Assembly: GCF_009914755.1 (NCBI RefSeq)
Contig: NC_060926.1
Length of the DNA: 64,000 bases
Source: the human T2T-CHM13v2.0 reference genome, Homo sapiens
Direction: 5' to 3' (one strand)
Shown: one piece after another, positions 43,073-59,956 of the stretch
Numbering within the stretch: the stretch's first letter is position 1
Layout of the letters: the number at the start of each line of letters is the position of its first letter
Notes under the pieces: generated by a model
What the model saw: the letters and a program-made list of their open reading frames with translations, nothing else
What the model was told of the DNA's origin: nothing
Database searches by the model: none
Translations under genes and position numbers: made by a program

Positions 43073-45928
43073 CTAGTAGTGACTTCAGTAGCTAATAAAT
43101 GGGGGATAGTGAAGGAGCAGATTTTAAGAGGGAAGAATCAAGAATTCTATTTTGGGAATAAGTTGAGAATCTTGTGGCAGCCCAGTGGGCAGGGGCAGCA
43201 GCAAGGCTGTGAGCCTGGGGCCAGGAGAGCGGTCAGGGCTGCATCCTCAGGTTCGTAAGTTGTCTGTACAGCCACTGGGCTGTATGTGGTGCAGATGAGG
43301 AGGGAGCAAGACTGAGCTCCGAGAAGTGCTGACATCTAGATGGGGAGGAGGAATGCCTGGCAAGTGGCGCCGAGAAAGGGCCCAGAGAGCCACCCGGGAA
43401 GCACTCAGCCTGTGGGAGAATGTGGGCTGTGGAAGCCAGGAGGGATGGCCTCAGGAGGGGGACGCTGGAAGGGGCCCTATACAGGCCTGCTGCGGGCCTT
43501 CCCTTTCCAGGCAGCGTTTTGTCACTCTTGCTACTTGCTCATTTTAAAGAGGAGGAGGGCATGGGAAGGAAGAAAGAAGAGTTTTTATTGGAGCTAGCTA
43601 CGTGGAGTTTGTGGGTGATCTTGATCTCACAAATTTCTGTGAGCTTATATTGGGAGGAAGTTGGATTGGAATGGTTTCCGTAAATAGTGAGGGAAGGAAA
43701 CAAAGGCTTTTGCTACACAGTGTGGGGTCTGTGGGTCAGGAACATGATTAGAGACTAGGTTAGTGGTGCCAAATCTTGGGCTCCACTCCAGACCTACTGA
43801 ATCAGAATATGCGTTTTCACAAGATTCCCAGGTAAACTATGCATTAAAGTTTGAGAAGCATTAGCACAGATAATTCCTATAGAGGAATTGTGTCATTAGC
43901 TAGAAGGATATATGGGGGTCAAAGGCACACACGCATGTGTGAATCTTTAGGGTGAAGATTCAATAGAACGTGTCTACATGCTGTTGGGGATGATCCTGTA
44001 GCAAAGTAAAGACTGATTGATGCTGCAGGAAGAAGGGTAGTGGTAGGAATTAAGTTCTTGGGCATGGTGGTGGTGGAGGGCTTGGCCTTTGCTAAGAGCA
44101 GGAATGTGTACTCCATGAGGCTGGAGACAAGGAGAAGAAGGGCGTGGAAGGTTTGTAGATTTGTTGAAGGAGCTCTGAGGGAGTTAGGGTTTGATGGCTT
44201 GGTGTTCTCTGGGACAAATGAGGTTAGGTTATCTGTCAAGAGTAAGCAGAGGGAGGGCACAGGGGAGAGTCACAGCGAGATTACTAGGAAGTGTGGGGGA
44301 ATGCCCATTCGTGGTTTGTGATCATAAGTGCATTGAGAGTGGAGTGCTGGGAGGCTGCTTTCTTGAGTTTCTTTCCCTCGACAGCAGCATTTGCATGCTG
44401 GGTGCAGGTGCTGAAAACAGTGAGTGAGATGGAGGGGAAGGGAGCAGGGAGATGAGGTATCTGCAAGAGGGCTTTTCTCATGTCAGGCTTTGGGATCTAA
44501 GCTGGTGAAGGGAGGCAGTGCAGCCCAGAGGGTCTTGTTATGCAGAGAGAGAGTGCTGGAGGCCAATGCTTGCAGGTGTCAAGAGGGCAGAGAATTGTGT
44601 GTGGGGGTGGTATTTGAACAAGTGAGCAAGAAGGATGGAGGCTGAGGCTAGAGGGTTAGAGGAGATAACTGTTTCTGGTGACGGTGAAGTTCAGGTAATG
44701 ACCATGATAATGTTAGATAGAAGGAAAGAAAGGGTTTTCGGAGAAGAGAGGATCAAGGACTTGAGAGGGGCCGAGCTTGGCTGGGACATCCACATGCACA
44801 GATGTCATTGGGGAGGACGACAGGAGTTGGGTAGAATGGAAGTCTGCAGACCAGAAGCAGATGTCCTCAATAAATGAGGGAAGTGACCAGGAAGTCTGTA
44901 GCTGATAGTAACAAGGTGAAGGACAGGCTATTATGGCTGGAAAGGCCAGGCCTCAAAGGTATGGGGGCTTTTGTAAGACGGATGGGGCTAACAGAGGTAC
45001 TGAAGTGCAGGTGACATTGGGGAGGGAGGAAGGACACATATCTGGTCTGTCTGGCCCTGAAGCACATGGCATGGGAGGAGAAATAGCATCTGCTTGATGT
45101 GGTGTCCCCAGGGCACACCCAGGTCTCAGAGCTAGAAGGTAGAGGAACATTCTTAGAAGAGGTGGAGGCTCTCGAAGGGTTTGCTGGTGTGCCTGAGGTT
45201 GCAGGGACCAGGTGGGTTAGCCATTTCAGGAGATGGATGCAGTTCTGTTGGGTTGAGAGCCCTAGTCATAGGAAAGAGTGGGGACACCTGCACTTCTGGT
45301 GGTGACTGTTCAGGACAGATGTTCAGCAGTGTGCTCCCCTTAAGAGGAGGGTGGTCCTGTTCTAGCACCGTAGTTCCCAAACGTGGCTGGGGAGGTGGCA
45401 GCTTCCTTGTGTGATCCTCTCAGCCTTCACATACTGACACAGCAGGGAAGAGAAGGCAAGACTGTTTCTGTTAGAGCCGTTTCGGGAGTTGCTGGGGAGA
45501 TTTAGGACAGGGACATCCTGAAATGCCCATTGGTTATGCCTCTAAGGCAAATTACGCTGTGTTTTGGGTGATGAAGAAAGAAGGGTGTGAAGGGCTTCTG
45601 TTGATGAAAATCTGCCTGTGCTTGTTTCCAGGTGGAGTATGCCTTTGGTACGCGTTTTCCACGTGTCCCTCTCCACTGCCCTGAGACGTAGGCAGGGCAG
45701 ATATTGTCAGTGAGTGGGAGTGACTTGCCTAATCCTCTAGTGAGTCAGTGGCTGAAGGAGGACTCAAAGCCAGGCCCCTTCATTCCTCAGGACAAGGGGG
45801 ACTGCGTCTGAGCAAAAAGTATCTTGCCTTATCTCTTTCTTATGGACTGGCAGCTTTTCCTACTTTACCATATATTTGGCTCTGAGGCCAGTTTCTTTCT
45901 CAAGACTTTCTAGAGTATTAGAGTGATA

Positions 45929-47232
<1,304 letters not shown>

Positions 47233-47334
47233 TGAGGACAAGAAATGTTAACTAAAGCTGTTAGCTTCTTAATGGCAGAATTCAAGTCAAGGGTTTGTTT
47301 TCCTGTCCCACAACTGTAGTTGGTATATAACTAC

Positions 47335-47860
47335 TTTTTAAAAATTCTGGTAAAATGTACATAAGATAAAATTCAACATTTTACCTATTTTCAGGGGTAC
47401 AGTTCAGTGACATTAAGCATGTTTACTTTGTTGTGCAGCCATCACCACCATCCATCTCCAGAACTTCCTCATCCCAAACTGAACCTCTGCACCCATTAAA
47501 CACTGACTCCCCACTCCCCTCTTCCCCCACCCCCTGGCAGCCGCCATTCTATCCTGCTTTCTGTCTCCCATTGTGATTGTTTTGGGTACCTCATATCAGT
47601 GGAATCATAGTATTTGTGCTTTTGTGTCTTGCTTATTTCACTTAGTATAACGTCTTTAAGGGTGATCCATGTTATAGCATGTGTCAGCTTCCTTCCTTTG
47701 TAAGGCTGAATATTCTACATTTACACCACATCTGATTTATCTGTTTATCTATTGATGGACATTTGGGTTGTTTCCGCCTCTTGGTTATTGTGAATAATGC
47801 TGATGTGAACATGGGTGTATAAATATCTGTTCAAGTCCTTGCTTTCAGTTCTTTTGTATA
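47335..47860 (-). mobile_element. L1MB-like 3' fragment
   Basis: Reverse-complement old L1 3'UTR text (GTACAGTTCAGTGACATTAAG...GATGGACATTTGGGTTGTTTCC). Confidence 0.8.
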
Positions 47861-47862
47861 TA

Positions 47863-48202
47863 CAGCCACGCATCACTTAATGACACCTATGTTCTGAGAA
47901 ATGCTTTTAAGCAATGTCAGTGTTTTGCAAACGTCGGGGTATACTTACACAAGCCTAGATGGTGTAGCTTACTACTCACCTAGCCCGTACGGTACAGCCT
48001 TTTGCTCATGGGCTGCAAATCTGCACGTCATGTTACTGTACCGAATACCGTGGGCAGTTGTAACACAATGGGGAAGTATTTGTGTAAACATATCGAAACG
48101 TAGGAAAGGCCCAGTAACAGTACAGTACTATAATCTTATGGGACCACCGTTGTATTATGTGGTCTGTCATTGACTGAAACTTCTTTATTTGGTGCATGAC
48201 TG
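47863..48202. mobile_element. Tigger3a/MER7A-like DNA transposon
   Basis: TIRs CAGCCACGCATC ... GGTGCATGACTG flanked by TA on both sides; ~340 bp. Confidence 0.8.
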
Positions 48203-48892
48203 TATAACAACTATTTTTGTTGTATATTTTCTCTCAGGTCTTTGTTTTAGAGCTTGTGCTCTGTGTTGCCTGCCTATGCATTTTTCTCCCTCTTTAGTGA
48301 GCTTTCTGACCCATAGATCTGTGTCCTTGAAATAAGTTTCAACATTTCACATCATACTTGAAGCTCTTCCCCACCCCACTCTAATCCACTCATAGAGCAC
48401 AGACCATGTAGTGGCTCAGAGTATGGACTGCTAGGGCTCCAGTCCCAGCCCTGCCATCCGCTAGTTAAGTGACCCTGGACAAATCATACAAACTCTGTTT
48501 GAGTGTATGCAATATACTAGAGATGCTATAGAAGTAGAAGTAGAAGTAGTAGTAGAATCTGTTTAAGTCTCTAAATAGGTTTTATTTGAATAAATAATTC
48601 AGGATAGGGACATGTATGCTAATTCCAAATTTGCCTTCAGCTGTTAGGAGTCCAGTAGCTCTAATGTCTCCACGGCTGCCTCTTCAGGTAGCAGGAACTT
48701 CAGAGTGAATCTGTATAAATGTGTAACCATCTGTAAGGCTAGCAGAATCCCAGATTCCATGGGTGGGTGGAGGAGGACTTTATTTCAGAAATATATTAAA
48801 ATAAGCTTCCAATTTCCTCCCACCATTTATTGTTGCTTTATAGTTCAGGAAAGTTATCAGATAAATGAATTAATGTTTCAGAGCTTACTCGT

Positions 48893-49493
<601 letters not shown>

Positions 49494-50536
49494 TTACCAG
49501 TTACCATTTATCCTTTTGAGGCCTCACAACCCAGGTGGAGAACACCAGCTCTGGTGTTTTATCTACCAAATATTGAGCGTCCACCAAGTACCAGGCACAC
49601 TGGGCACACAAAGATGAATGGGCTTGAAGTTTGGTGGGACAAACAGACCTCATCTTGGGGGAAATCACGACTTTCCCTAAGTGAAATGGTAGACAATATT
49701 GACAGGCATGGGGGCCCCCTGAGACTGGGAGGATGGGCTGGCCGGGGGATATCTAGGAAGGTGAGGAGGAAATATTGCAGCTGAGTCTTAAATTATAGGT
49801 GATCCTCCTCCATCAGGAGGAAGGGCAGTCCTGGCAGTAGGAATAGCATGTGCACAGAGGTACAGACCAGAAGCAGCCTCCTGCTTACAGGAAGGGACTC
49901 CAAAGCCTTCTAGTTTTTGTTTTAGTTAACTTCATTTGTTTTTGTTAATTTAGTTTTTCTTTTTTTGGAGGGGGCGCGTGGGAAGGGACAGGTAAAGAGG
50001 TATCCATTAGGGAATAGAAATATCTAAAACAAATTTCCTTAGGCATACAGGAGGGCTAATTAGAGTTGTTTTGCATATCTAATGTCAGAAAAAAGTCAAA
50101 AATTGAAAGATAATTTAGATCACTTAATTCAACTTTCTGGTTTTTATAGACATGGAAAGTTGAGTCATAACGCGTATGAGCATATGAACATTTTCCATTC
50201 CCTGGTGCTAATTAGAATAGCAGCTACACAAGGGAAGGGGAACTTGACCAAGGAGGTCGCTTGACTCAGGCCAGGGTCTGGGTATGAGATCGGGAGGGCT
50301 GGGCCTATCATGTCCGAAGCAGGGTCAGGGAGCCAGGCAAATGAGTGAGGCAGGTGGAAGTAAGACTGCAGCAGGCTTACGCTGGCTTTCACATAGTGTA
50401 TGTCCCTTCCAGAAGCGGCAGCTGCTCCACAGCACCAGCTGAGTGGGACTTAGGAATGTCAGACTTCTTGATTTTTTTAAGCGATGCCAAAAATTTGGAC
50501 TTTTATGTGAAATCGTTCTTTAAAAAATGTAAGTAA

Positions 50537-50845
<309 letters not shown>

Positions 50846-51871
50846 TAAATGAATTTTTAAAAGCACTATATGAGCAAACAAAGCATGTCTGCAGGCCACC
50901 AAATTTTACAAATTGGCATCTCTGCTTTTGCCACATGGTGAAAGCTGGTCCACAGCAAGGAAGAGAGACAGAGCCAGCATGTGGCGAGAATCACAGGGAT
51001 GGTCTGGCAGCTTTCAGGGCCCTGTGTCCAGTTGCTCCTGAGTCCCAGCCCTATCCTCGGCCTCCTTCCTGTAGCATAGTTTTTCGTTTCGAGTCAGTGA
51101 CATACATTAGTAGTCTGCTAGTAAATCCCCCTTTGTGGTATAAATTAATTTACCTTACGTTTGTTTTTAGTGGAAATTTTCAAACATATACGAAGGTATA
51201 GAGAATAGTACATAATGCGCTACCTTGTCACCATCAGTCAATGAATGGCTAATCCGACCAGATGCCATGGCTTACACCTGTAATCCCAGCTACTCTGGAG
51301 TTGGGGGCAGAGGGCCCAGGACGGGAGTGTGTGTGGGGGGTGTTGCTTGAGCCCAAGATGTTGAGACTGTAGTGAGCCATGATCGTACCACTGCACTGCA
51401 GCCTAGGTGACAGAGCAAGAACCTATCCTAAAATAAATAATTAAGATCCACTCAGTGTTCAGATTTCCTCAATTTACTTTGTTCAAATTAGGCAAAATAA
51501 GGAGTATGTGTTTAAAAAACTTTTTTTAAAGCGGAAGAAGAGGCCGAGGCAAGTTTCAGAGCAGGAGTGAAAGTTTATCAGAATGCTTTAGAACAGGAAG
51601 GAAAGGAAAGAAAAGAAGGAAAGTCCAACTTCATTGTTGCCAGTATTAACTCTGTATCCTACAATAATTCTTTGTTTATATATAAACAAACAATTTTTTT
51701 AAACAAATGACATTGTATTATATGTTTTCTGCACGTTTCTGATAGAATTTGGATCATTGCCATTTTGTACCTCCTCCTAAATGGATACATCTGGACATTG
51801 TTCCTGGTCAGTACATATAGCACTTCTCCATTCTTTTCAATAGCTGGATAATCTAAAATTTGGTTGTAATT

Positions 51872-52476
51872 TGGTTTGTTCCTTCCGTGGGTTCATCGTC
51901 TTGCTGACTTACAGAATGAACCTGCAGACCTTTGTGGTGAGTGTTACAGCTCTTAAACGTGGTGTGTCTGGAGTTTGTTCCCAAGATGTATCCGGAGTTT
52001 GTTCCTTCCGGTGGGTTCATGGTCTCACTGACTTCAAGAATGAAGCCGCAAACCTTCGCAGTGAGTGTTATAGCTCTCAAAGGTGGCACAGGCTGAAAGA
52101 GTGAACAGCAGTAAGATTTATTGTGAAGAGTGAAAGAACAAAGCTTCCACAGCGTGGAAGGTGACCTGAGCAGGTTGCTGCTGCTGGCTGGGGTGGCCAG
52201 TTTTTATTCCCTTATTTGGCCACACCCATGTCCTGCTGATTGGTCCATTTTACAGAGTGCTGATTGGTCCATTTTAGAGAGCACTGATTGGTGCATTTTA
52301 CAGTGTGCTGATTGGCACATTTTACAAACCTCTAGCCAGCCACAGAGCGCTGATTGGTGCGTTTTACAATCCTAGCTACAGAGGACTGATTGGTGCATTT
52401 TACAATCCTCTTGTAAGACAGAAAAGTTCTCCAAGTCTCCACTCGACCCAGGAAGTCCAGCTGGCTTCACCTCTCA
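51872..52476 (-). mobile_element. LTR12-family (short, LTR12F-like) ERV9 LTR
   Basis: Minus strand starts TGAGAGGTGAAGCCAGCTGG; tandem CTGATTGG (CCAAT) units at 52235-52395; U5 text shared with LTR12C; left end looks truncated. Confidence 0.88.
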
Positions 52477-54748
52477 CTATCATAATTTATGCAAGAATTC
52501 CCCATTGATGGAAATTTTAAAGATTATTATAGCATTCTTTTTAGTGACAAAAAATTATTCTTGTAATTATATCCTTATACTTTTGTAGAATAAATTCCTG
52601 GAAGAGGTTTACATTCATATAATTCTTTTAGTAGTTGCTTATTTTTTCCCAAAAGGCTGTGGCAGTTAATAATATCAGTAGTATTCATTTCCCCAAACTC
52701 TTGATGAACCCAATCTAATGTTTTATTTACATTTCCTTGACTACTAGAGAAATTGGGTTTAGCTTCATATGTTTGTTATCTGTGCCCACTTTTCTGTGAA
52801 GTACTTCTTCATTTTTTGCCCGTTTAAAAAAACTAGGTTGTTTGACTTACTGCTTTGCAGGGGCTTTTTATATATTAGGGATATTACTTTGTTTTGTGTT
52901 GCAAATATTTTCTCCTTATCTGTTTGTCTTTCAGTTCTTCTTATAATTCTCCTTTGCTTTTCAAATTATTTTCCCGTTTTTTAGCTGTTGAATTAAACAT
53001 TTCTTACCATATTTTGATTCCCTGCATTTTTCCATTACTGCTTCCTGTTGGGAACGCTTGTTTGAAAAAAATAACAGGAAGTTGAATTTTAACTATACTG
53101 TTGAGTTTGAGCTTTTGTAAAGTCAAAAGACAAAATTATCACAAATGTAGTTTAAAGATCTTAACTGGCTTTATTTGCAGTTCTGGTATCGGGCAGCATG
53201 TGATTCCATAAGATTGTGTTCGAGTGAGCTGAGGAGAGGAGGCTGGCTTTGTGGAAAGAAAAGGGCTGAAAAATGCAGAAACATAGAACCCAAAATAGGT
53301 CGTTTCAAAGTTACTTTCTTTGTAAGGCCGGAACAGGGAGACACAACAATGGAAAATAACTGGTTAAAATCGGTTAGTTTTTGTTGTAAGGATTAAAACA
53401 AAGGAAAGGTCATTTCTGTGATTGTAGGAAAATGTGAATTTTCTGACTCAGGTGTGCCCTCCACCTTGACCAGTCTCCCCTTGGTGTTCTCCCGAAGCAG
53501 AGCCCTTCCTTCTCCCTTGTTTATTTAATATTCATTATAGTTATGGATTTCTGGATTCCTAATTTTTCAGGGGTCTGTTTTCAATACTGTTCTTGTTTTT
53601 GTCCCTACATTGTCCCAGCTTTAGGATTGCCAGACTCAAATATTATGATTATGGCCTACTAGGTGACCTTCAGTTCATACTGTCTGGAGGAGTGCTGAAT
53701 GCAGTTATTGGCAGGTGTGTAATGTTTGACTGTTTGCTGTGTGCTTCTGTTGCCGTAATACTCAGGACACAGAATTTTAGGAGGGGGACTGAGAGATTAG
53801 GTTTCCCCTAGGTTTTCAGATTCTCATTTGTGATTTTCATGACAACCCTATGATACTGCAAGGTGGCATTTGGACACGACTTACCAACGCATTTCCTCTT
53901 TGCTCAAGCTTAATAAAAGACTGACTATATTGGCCTATGGGACTAACGCTAGTAGAAACCACCTCTTCCTCCTAACATGTATGGTTTTATGTACTATGAT
54001 TTGCTTTCAAAATACATTTTACTTCTCAAGTGAATATATGTTCTGGTATTTGGTTTTATGCTAAGTGGTAGAGAGCCCTATCTAATATTAGTGTTTCATA
54101 TAACATTACATAGAAAAACCATTTCCCAGTGCTCTTGCCCCACTTTCCCGACAAGTCATCTAAGTGGACATCCTTAGTTTGGAGTGTCTTGTTATTCTGT
54201 ATCCTTGTTGATTCAGTGCCTTACAAGCTAAGATGGGCTGGAGGACCCGCCTAGCAATGACTCCCTGTTTTCTCTAGAATCAAAGTTTCTTAAGATGGCA
54301 CTTTAGGCCCATTTATAGACAGAGCTATCTTTGGAGACTCATTACCCAGGCACTTCCCCATCCCATACCTTATGCTTCAATATTATGTGACTCCTGAACC
54401 CACTGTGATGTTTCATGCCTTTGTTGCTTTGCACATGCTGTGTGTTAAGCTGGAATATGTTCTCACTCCCATCTGCTGAATGGACTATTATTAACCTTTG
54501 GAGCCTCCCTGATTCCCTTTTCCTGGAGTTCATTATGCTTTCCATTATATCTTGTACCATCTTTATCTTTGCATGTGAGAAATTACATTAAAATGCTTTA
54601 TTTATAGAAGTCTTTCATTGGGAAGACTGAATTTTCTAAGGGGAGAAACCCAAAACTTGGCACAAAGTAGAGCCCAAATGTTTTTTGAACAAACTTCAGT
54701 CAAACAACAGAGCTTTTGGGTGAGTAGATAGAAACATGTTGAAGGGTG

Positions 54749-55030
54749 CCATCTTAACTCAGGCTGCCATAACAAAATACCATAGACTGGGTGGCTTAAA
54801 CAACAGGAATTTATTTTCCCACAGTTCTGAGGCTGGAAGTCTGAGACAGGGCACCAGCATGGTTGGGTTCTGGTGAGGGCTCCCTTCCTGCCTTATAAGA
54901 AGAGGAAGAGATACCTGAGCTGCCTTCTCAGTGTGTCCTCACATGGTGGAAAGAGCCCAGGTCTCTCTTCCTTCTCTTATAAGTGCACCCATTGAATAGG
55001 ATCAGGGCCCTACCCTTATGATCTTATGGT
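54749..55030 (-). mobile_element. MLT1A/B-like LTR fragment
   Basis: GGCTGCCATAACAAAATACCATAGACTGGGTGGCTTAAACAACAG...GGCTGGAAGTCTGAGA. Confidence 0.8.
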
Positions 55031-55787
55031 TTGCAAGTGGTCCCCGCCCCACAGATGTAGTTCTGAAATTGTTAGTGAATTCAGTGGGGGAAGTCTAATT
55101 GCTTTGGGGAAAATGAATGTCTGTGCTTCATGTTAGGGACAAAGTATACGGATACCTGCAATTTACACTGAAATATATCGGAAAATGAGGTGCACTGATG
55201 GGTAGAGAGAGGGACGACAGATGAATGGATTTGTGATAAAGCAAATGGAGCAAAATGTTGATTGTAAAGTCCAGGCAGTGAGTGTATGGATTCACAGGAT
55301 GGTTGTTTCAACTTTTCTTAGTGTTTGAAACTTTTTGGGATAAAATGTTGGGGAAGATACCTGTATTTTTTTAAGAACACATTTATTGGCTAGGCATTTC
55401 CATTATAGGTATTAAATCATTAACGTGAGCTTCCTAAACTTAACTGATTTTTTTTTCCTTCCTGCTCTTTCTCCTCCTGTCTTTATCTAGTCAGTTCCTT
55501 CAGCTCTTAGTTCATGCGATGTCCCTCCAGGAAATTTCCCCTGACCTTCCAGCCTGATACAGATATGTCTTTCTGTGTTCCCAGGGCACCACTTGCATAC
55601 TTCTGCCATAGAATTTATTATCTTGTACTGTAATCATTTACTTACTAATCTGTCTGAACCACTAGTCTTTGAGTTTTTTGAGGGCAAAGACTGTGTTCTG
55701 GAATGTTTTTGGTACAAGAAAAAACAAACACAACAGTGGACTCTTTGTGGCTTAAACAGTTAGAAGTTTCTTATCTCTAATACCCTG

Positions 55788-56521
55788 TGTCATCGCCCGT
55801 TGGGTCTTCCTGCCCACTGCACAGACAAAACCAATTCACTGAGACCATGGTATTGCAGTAAAGAGAGTTCAGTGGACTCGAGGCTGGCCACATGGGAGAA
55901 CTGGAATTATCAGTCAAATCAGTCTCCCTAAAGGCTCAGAGTTTAGAGTTTTTCAAGGATGTTTTGGTAGGCAGGGGGTTAGGGAATGGGTGCTGCTGGT
56001 TGGTTGGGGATGCAACTATAGGGGTGTAGAAAATGGTGCTTGTGCCCTTGAGTTCACCTCTGGATGGTGGCGAGGAACCACAGGACTGGTTGAGTCATAA
56101 GTCCATGTGGGGTCAGTCTGAAAAACATCTCAAAAGACCAATCTTAGGTTCTGCAATACTGATGTTATCTATAGGAGCAACTGGGGTAGTCCACATCTTG
56201 TGACCTCTGACCACATGACTCCTGAGCAGTAAGGGATTATAGGAAGGAGGCCTATATTTTAGCAGAACTCAGGCCCCTCCCATAATTCTAATCTCCTGGC
56301 CTTTTACTAGTTTTATAAAGGCCGTTTCAGTCCCTGAACAAGGAAAGGATCAATTTTAGGGAGGGACTATTATTATCCTTGTTAAACTAGAAATTCCTCT
56401 CAGGGTTGGTGTGGCCTATGCCCAGGAATAAGAGAAGACGCCGACCTGTAAGACCAGAGGCAAGATGGAGTCAGCACGTTCAGCTTCTTTCACTGTCAGA
56501 ATCTTTGCAAAGGCAGTTTCA
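55788..56521 (-). mobile_element. LTR8-family (ERV1) solo LTR
   Basis: Minus strand starts TGAAACTGCCTTTGCAAAGATT...GACTCCATCTTG, like the LTR8 5' end. Confidence 0.8.
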
Positions 56522-58500
56522 CCCAAAGTCTGGAGGTTGCTGTTTCTAGGATTGGTTCAGTGAGGGGCATGTGGTCAGCACCTCTACCTTCCCTGTTCTT
56601 TCCCTTAATTATGCCAAGTTGACTGAAGCAGTGATACAGGCTGGAAATATCCACCATGGTTATTTCAGTTTTTGAACTTTAAGCACAGATATTTTGGGAA
56701 GTATCGGGGTGTGTTGAATAGTTTTCAATTCATTTATTATTTCTTCTAGAGAAATTGACTTGTTTTTGAAAACAGCAGTTCAGAATTAGATAACTACACG
56801 TGTTTGCAAGGATCCCCCCCAACCTGGAAAAATATCCTTTTCAGACAGCCATAATAATTCATAGAACCAGGATTGATTCAGAGAAATTGTGTGACAGGTT
56901 GATGGTCTGGAGGTTCCAACCTCATTCACAAACCTCAGCTCTGTAGGAAACAGTGTGGACCAGAAATGAGGCCAGAAGTAGTTTCACCTTCCTAAACTCA
57001 AGCCTTTTGGGGAGGTCTGCCTCTTATTCCATTTATTCTATTTTAGCCACATTTCAGATGTGCTTACTTATCTAGTTACTTGCTTAGCTCACTTATTTAA
57101 AAAAAAAAAGTACGTAATTTGCAAAGGGGGAGTGGAAAGAACGCCTGGTGTAGGCAGGCGGTCAAGAGTAGGGGGGAGAAGAGCAAATGTGATCTGGACT
57201 CCTGGCAGCCAAGGCCTTTCACAAACTGATGAGTGCCCTGAGGTCGTCAAGAGAAAGCTTGGTTATGTTCAGTCTGTGCTGTTTCAGAAGACAGAGAAAT
57301 CTAATACATGAAAAGTAACTTGCAACACTACATAAATAATGGCCTCAAACAGGTTTTAAATATAGGAAGGTATAGATAAAATTCTGGTATACACAGTTAA
57401 TAGTGAGTATCTCTGGGTGGTAGGATCATAGGTGCTTTTTATGTGTATTCTGTAAATTTGCTATGAGCATCGTTACTTTTAAAATACTTAAAAAGTATTT
57501 TAAGCATTCAGAATGGTTCTTTTTCAACTCCATCAGGTCTTTCAATGATGTCATTTTTTTCACATTTTGCCTTTGTCTTTGTTAAAATTGATCAACTAAT
57601 ACTTTTTATAATATTTGCCTGAAGAGTCCTGCTTGTTACTGCCATTGACTCTCATGAATTGCGATTTGCTTGTGTTTTGTGAGCTGGAATTTTAGGCTTT
57701 AGCTGTGAGACTCCCGAACACTCATTGCCCCTTGTTCCCCCAGAGAGGTTTCGTTTAGCATTGCCTGGGCCTCCAGCACTATGAGCAGCCTGGGACCACT
57801 TTTCATGTTACTTTATTGGCTTTAGAGGAGTGTTGTGGGTATAGGTTTTCAGGGGAGAATTCCCTACAGCCAGAGCCCAGACAAGCTTCCTTGTCATTTT
57901 CCTCTGTTGGCGCACAGATGGTGTGCTCCTTCAAGGGTCTTGACTTCTCAGTTCCCAATTGAAAAGGTGTCTCAATTCTAACTGCTACCTTGTGTGTATG
58001 TCTGGTCTCCCAGCCATGTGAATGTGTGTGTGTGCATGCGCACACATGCACATGTACGTTAAATCCTAAATTACCAAGAACAGCAACCATCCAGAACTGC
58101 AGGAACTGCCGCTCTTACTGCTCTGATTCTCTCCTGTTTGGGGATCCTTACTTTCTTTTGAGCTCAGCTGTGCATTTAAGAGCAATTCTAAGCCTTGGCT
58201 GCTCATGAGGATCACCTGGGAATCTTTTAGAATTTCCCATGCCCAGGTTGCATCTCAGACCAATTATTTCAGAATCTAGGGTGGGACCCAGGTGTAAGGA
58301 TGTTTCTGAAGCTCCCTGCATGATTCTGTTGTATAGCTAAGAATGGGAACCACTGATTTAAGATGATGTTGTTTTATTTCGCCCAGTGATGTGTGTGTGT
58401 GTTGTGTGTGTTTATTTTTCTAGTGGGGATGTTTTCAGGCTATCTCGTCAGCAGTAAGGGAAATAGGAGTCCACCATGTTGTAGTTAGAATGAACACTCT

Positions 58501-59450
<950 letters not shown>

Positions 59451-59956
59451 CTCTTACAATTAGATGGGATGGAAAACAACATTGGTTCATTCCTACTGGG
59501 TGCTGGGTCTGTGCCTTGGTGTTTTCCATGTATATCCTATTTAGTCCTCAGAACATTCCTGCAAGGTAGGTGGTGGTTGGTTTTATGCACATAAGAAAAC
59601 TGGCTTGGAGACATTGAACTAGTTCTAGGGTCACGCAGCTCACAAATGGCAGAACCACACTCATGCCTGCCAGATGCCCAAGCCCTGCCCTTTATTCTTG
59701 TGTTTTGGTATATGTGAAATAGATTTTTCCATACAAATTGGTTAAAATAAAGATTGGCACTTGGGTTACGGTAGATTCCAGGTCCCTGTTAAATATACTT
59801 ACTTGGGATGCTTTGTTGTCCCATAATACTGGAGTTGCTCTACTCATTTTATCTTCCTTCTGATTAGGGCAAATTGATTTTGAGATTTCTCCTTTTAACT
59901 CTCATGTCATGAAGGGGTATTTGTTCTTGAACTCACTTCTTTAATCAACCAGAGGG

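Noticed and set aside
42389-43076. 167-225 aa ORFs on both strands
   Set aside because: Lie in the GC-rich U3 of LTR12C, a common source of spurious ORFs.
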